This document shows positions 61,848-64,000 of a stretch of 64,000 nucleotides of DNA, in pieces. This stretch comes from Antedon mediterranea (taxonomy: Eukaryota > Animalia > Echinodermata): assembly GCF_964355755.1 (NCBI RefSeq), contig NC_092671.1:20646001-20710000 (forward strand), written 5' to 3'. The number at the start of each line of letters is the position of its first letter. Positions within the stretch are counted from its first letter, which is position 1. The notes under the pieces were generated by a model. That model made no database searches and was not told where the DNA came from. It saw only the letters and a program-made list of their open reading frames with translations. The position numbers and the translations under genes are program-made.

Positions 61848-62705
61848 AAATAATGAATATTTATGAGTGTAATGGTACAAATAATGGCATGAGGTGAATG
61901 AAAGGTTATATCAACGAGGCAACGCCGAGTTAATATAAACTTTCATCATTCACCAAATGCCATTATTTGTACCATTACACGAATATAAAACATTCATTAT
62001 TTGTTTTATATAACATCTAAATAGATTCCTGTCATTTGAATCAAATATAAGGTAGCCCTAGCCAAGAGGCCTACATTTCATTCAGATTGATTAAAACCGT
62101 AAAATTTAGTTTTTAATATTATATTAAATTTTATATTTATCTGGATTTTCTAAACACACCTACTTTAGTGATAATTATGTCAACAAACGACCAAACAATC
62201 TTAGGCCTAGCAAGGCTAAAACGCCTAGGCTAGGCCTAATAATAATAGGCCTAGCTAGGCTAGACCTAGTAGTAGTACTAGATCGGCTGAAAGGCAAAAC
62301 TTTGACAGACAATTGGCTAATTATGGTTTTTCCAACAATTTCACGTCTTGTAGGGATGTCCCCATTTATTAATCAAAATCCTAAAAACGATCTAAAGCTA
62401 ATTTAAATGCTTTTTTGAATGAAATTAGTACATATATATCTCCAAATCGTACACAAAAATCTGCTGCTGTTGCATATCTCGCGGTGGTGTTTACAAACAA
62501 CAGAGGCAGGACGACAGGTGGCGCTGTTATATTTTACAGTAATTTTTTATTCTAAATTTTTTTCATCCGCGAAAGGTTTATTTTTTTGTACACAAAATGT
62601 TTAAAAAAGTACTATTAAATGATCGTTTAATAGTGCGTACTATTGTACGCCATGTGACCCACATTCGTCCAATCAAATGACAGGAATTTATTTAGGTGTT
62701 ATATA
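61848..62705. mobile_element. Non-autonomous DNA element: ~150-bp hairpin plus inverted repeat
   Basis: Hairpin gtgtaatggtacaaataatggcat/atgccattatttgtaccattacac; inverted repeat ttatataacatctaaat..ttcctgtcatttga / tcaaatgacaggaa..taggtgttatataa. Confidence 0.7.
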
Positions 62706-63307
62706 ATACATTATAAAGTTCGATTGATTGATTTTGGAACGAAATATCCCATAACTACGTCCTATTAATAACAATTATGTAATATTTTCAATTCATAATG
62801 CACGCTTTGATGACTAAATAAAATAATAAAGGTCGTAGATATTTGTTAATATACTGAAAAGAGTATGAACAATATTAAAAAAATAAAGGAAATTATTACA
62901 AATGAAACGATGAACAAAATTTAATAACATTGGCGGCGCAATTTGTGTCAAAAACACACAGAGTGCCATATACTGTATAAAAAGAGGGGTGAATTTGTGT
63001 GTTTTTTTGTATTGGTTCATGCTTTGATTTATCCTAACTTGCATGTATGCCCTAGCATTTATTTTTTTTCACGCTGCTGCTCTAGCCCGCTACGTCCCAT
63101 TAGGACTACTCAATCAGAAGCTAAAGCAAGCAGCAGTTACAGTTCTAAGGACGACAGTTTTGCGAAAATGGAAACTCCACTATAATTTATAGATTTCCAG
63201 CTGCTACTGTAGATCCACAAAACGTCTGGGAAAAGAGTCTATTATGACATGATGTCATGCTAAAATTACAAATCCCAAAGCATTTCTGGTATTTATGACT
63301 GGTAGGG

Positions 63308-63408
63308 CCTGTTTCTGCTGCCTAGAAAATAACCGGTTAAAATCGGTGTGAATAAATTAAAATCGGTGTGAATAAATTAACTCCATTTTCTTGGCAGCAG
63401 AAACAGGA
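63308..63408. repeat. Short inverted repeat enclosing a 22-bp tandem duplication
   Basis: cctgtttctgctgcc / ggcagcagaaacagg around (aatcggtgtgaataaattaa)x2. Confidence 0.7.
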
Positions 63409-64000
63409 CAAATTTGTGGTAACCGGTTAAAAGGCAGCGCAAAATAACCGGTTAAAAACACCAATTTAAATCGGTGTTAGAACGCCGTTTAACCGGTTAT
63501 CGCTGAGCAATTCTTAGCTGCAACACGAAATAACGGTTATTTGATTGACAGTTGTGACCCCGGGTCAGATACCGTCGCATACGATGTGTGTTTTCCTCGT
63601 GGTTTTGACAGTCGAACGAAGAAGTGAACATGTATGTGGATGAATGAAATCACAAAATATGTTATTCAGTTGTGGGGGGAGAGAAAATACGGGGAAGGAT
63701 GGCAGGCAATAGAAAAGAATCACAGATAATAAATAAGAGCATTTTTGCGAAAGTAAAATAGAAATTTGGGGTGGAGTTCCGGGGACTACCCAAGCTAAGC
63801 AATTTGAGGCGTACACGCTCGCGAAGGGTATGGATGGGCCTATATAAACACCAAAACGGAAACAAAAGGGACTCAGAATGTTGCAAATACCTACCAAACG
63901 AGAGTAGATAATGGTTAATTAATTATGAAAACCCAAATTTTATAGCAAAAATCATCCGAATTTATGTTATAAACGATGGATTTAGCAACAAAAACTTAAT

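Noticed and set aside
62814-63897. Short ORFs near the window end as a neighbouring gene
   Set aside because: No recognisable domain or consistent splice structure
60887-64000. Separase start exon or promoter
   Set aside because: No convincing ATG exon with a phase-0 donor; the region is mostly repeats, so the start is probably beyond the window

Overview
AT-rich, repeat-dense animal genomic DNA. An invertebrate deuterostome such as an echinoderm is my inference from the repeat families. The window is dominated by one minus-strand gene, separase (ESPL1). I assembled by hand 21 GT-AG coding exons from 60886 down to the TGA at 10624. They total 6876 nt, all splice phases are compatible, and they encode about 2291 aa. 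The short ATG-containing exon was not found and probably lies beyond the window. The catalytic His/Cys dyad is intact. A 2093-nt exon carries motifs resembling the vertebrate regulatory elements (CDK1 SP site, Cys/His motif, ExxR autocleavage sites, PP2A-B56 LxxIxE). Introns and flanks hold nested mobile elements. These include an intact antisense CR1-group LINE ORF with a 2A StopGo motif (PHD-APE-RT) and several Penelope-like fragments carrying five well-formed minimal hammerhead ribozymes. One of these ribozymes lies on the separase pre-mRNA strand inside a 106-bp inverted repeat. There are also Helitrons, a Helentron-like element, Harbinger/pogo/Kolobok-like MITEs, foldback palindromes, Deu/Nin-domain and tRNA-derived SINEs, and a dimeric tandem array of degenerate tRNA-Val(AAC) genes. 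I found no clearly new biological system. The best leads are the ribozyme cluster, the intronic ribozyme, the 2A-LINE, the tRNA array and the separase regulatory motifs.
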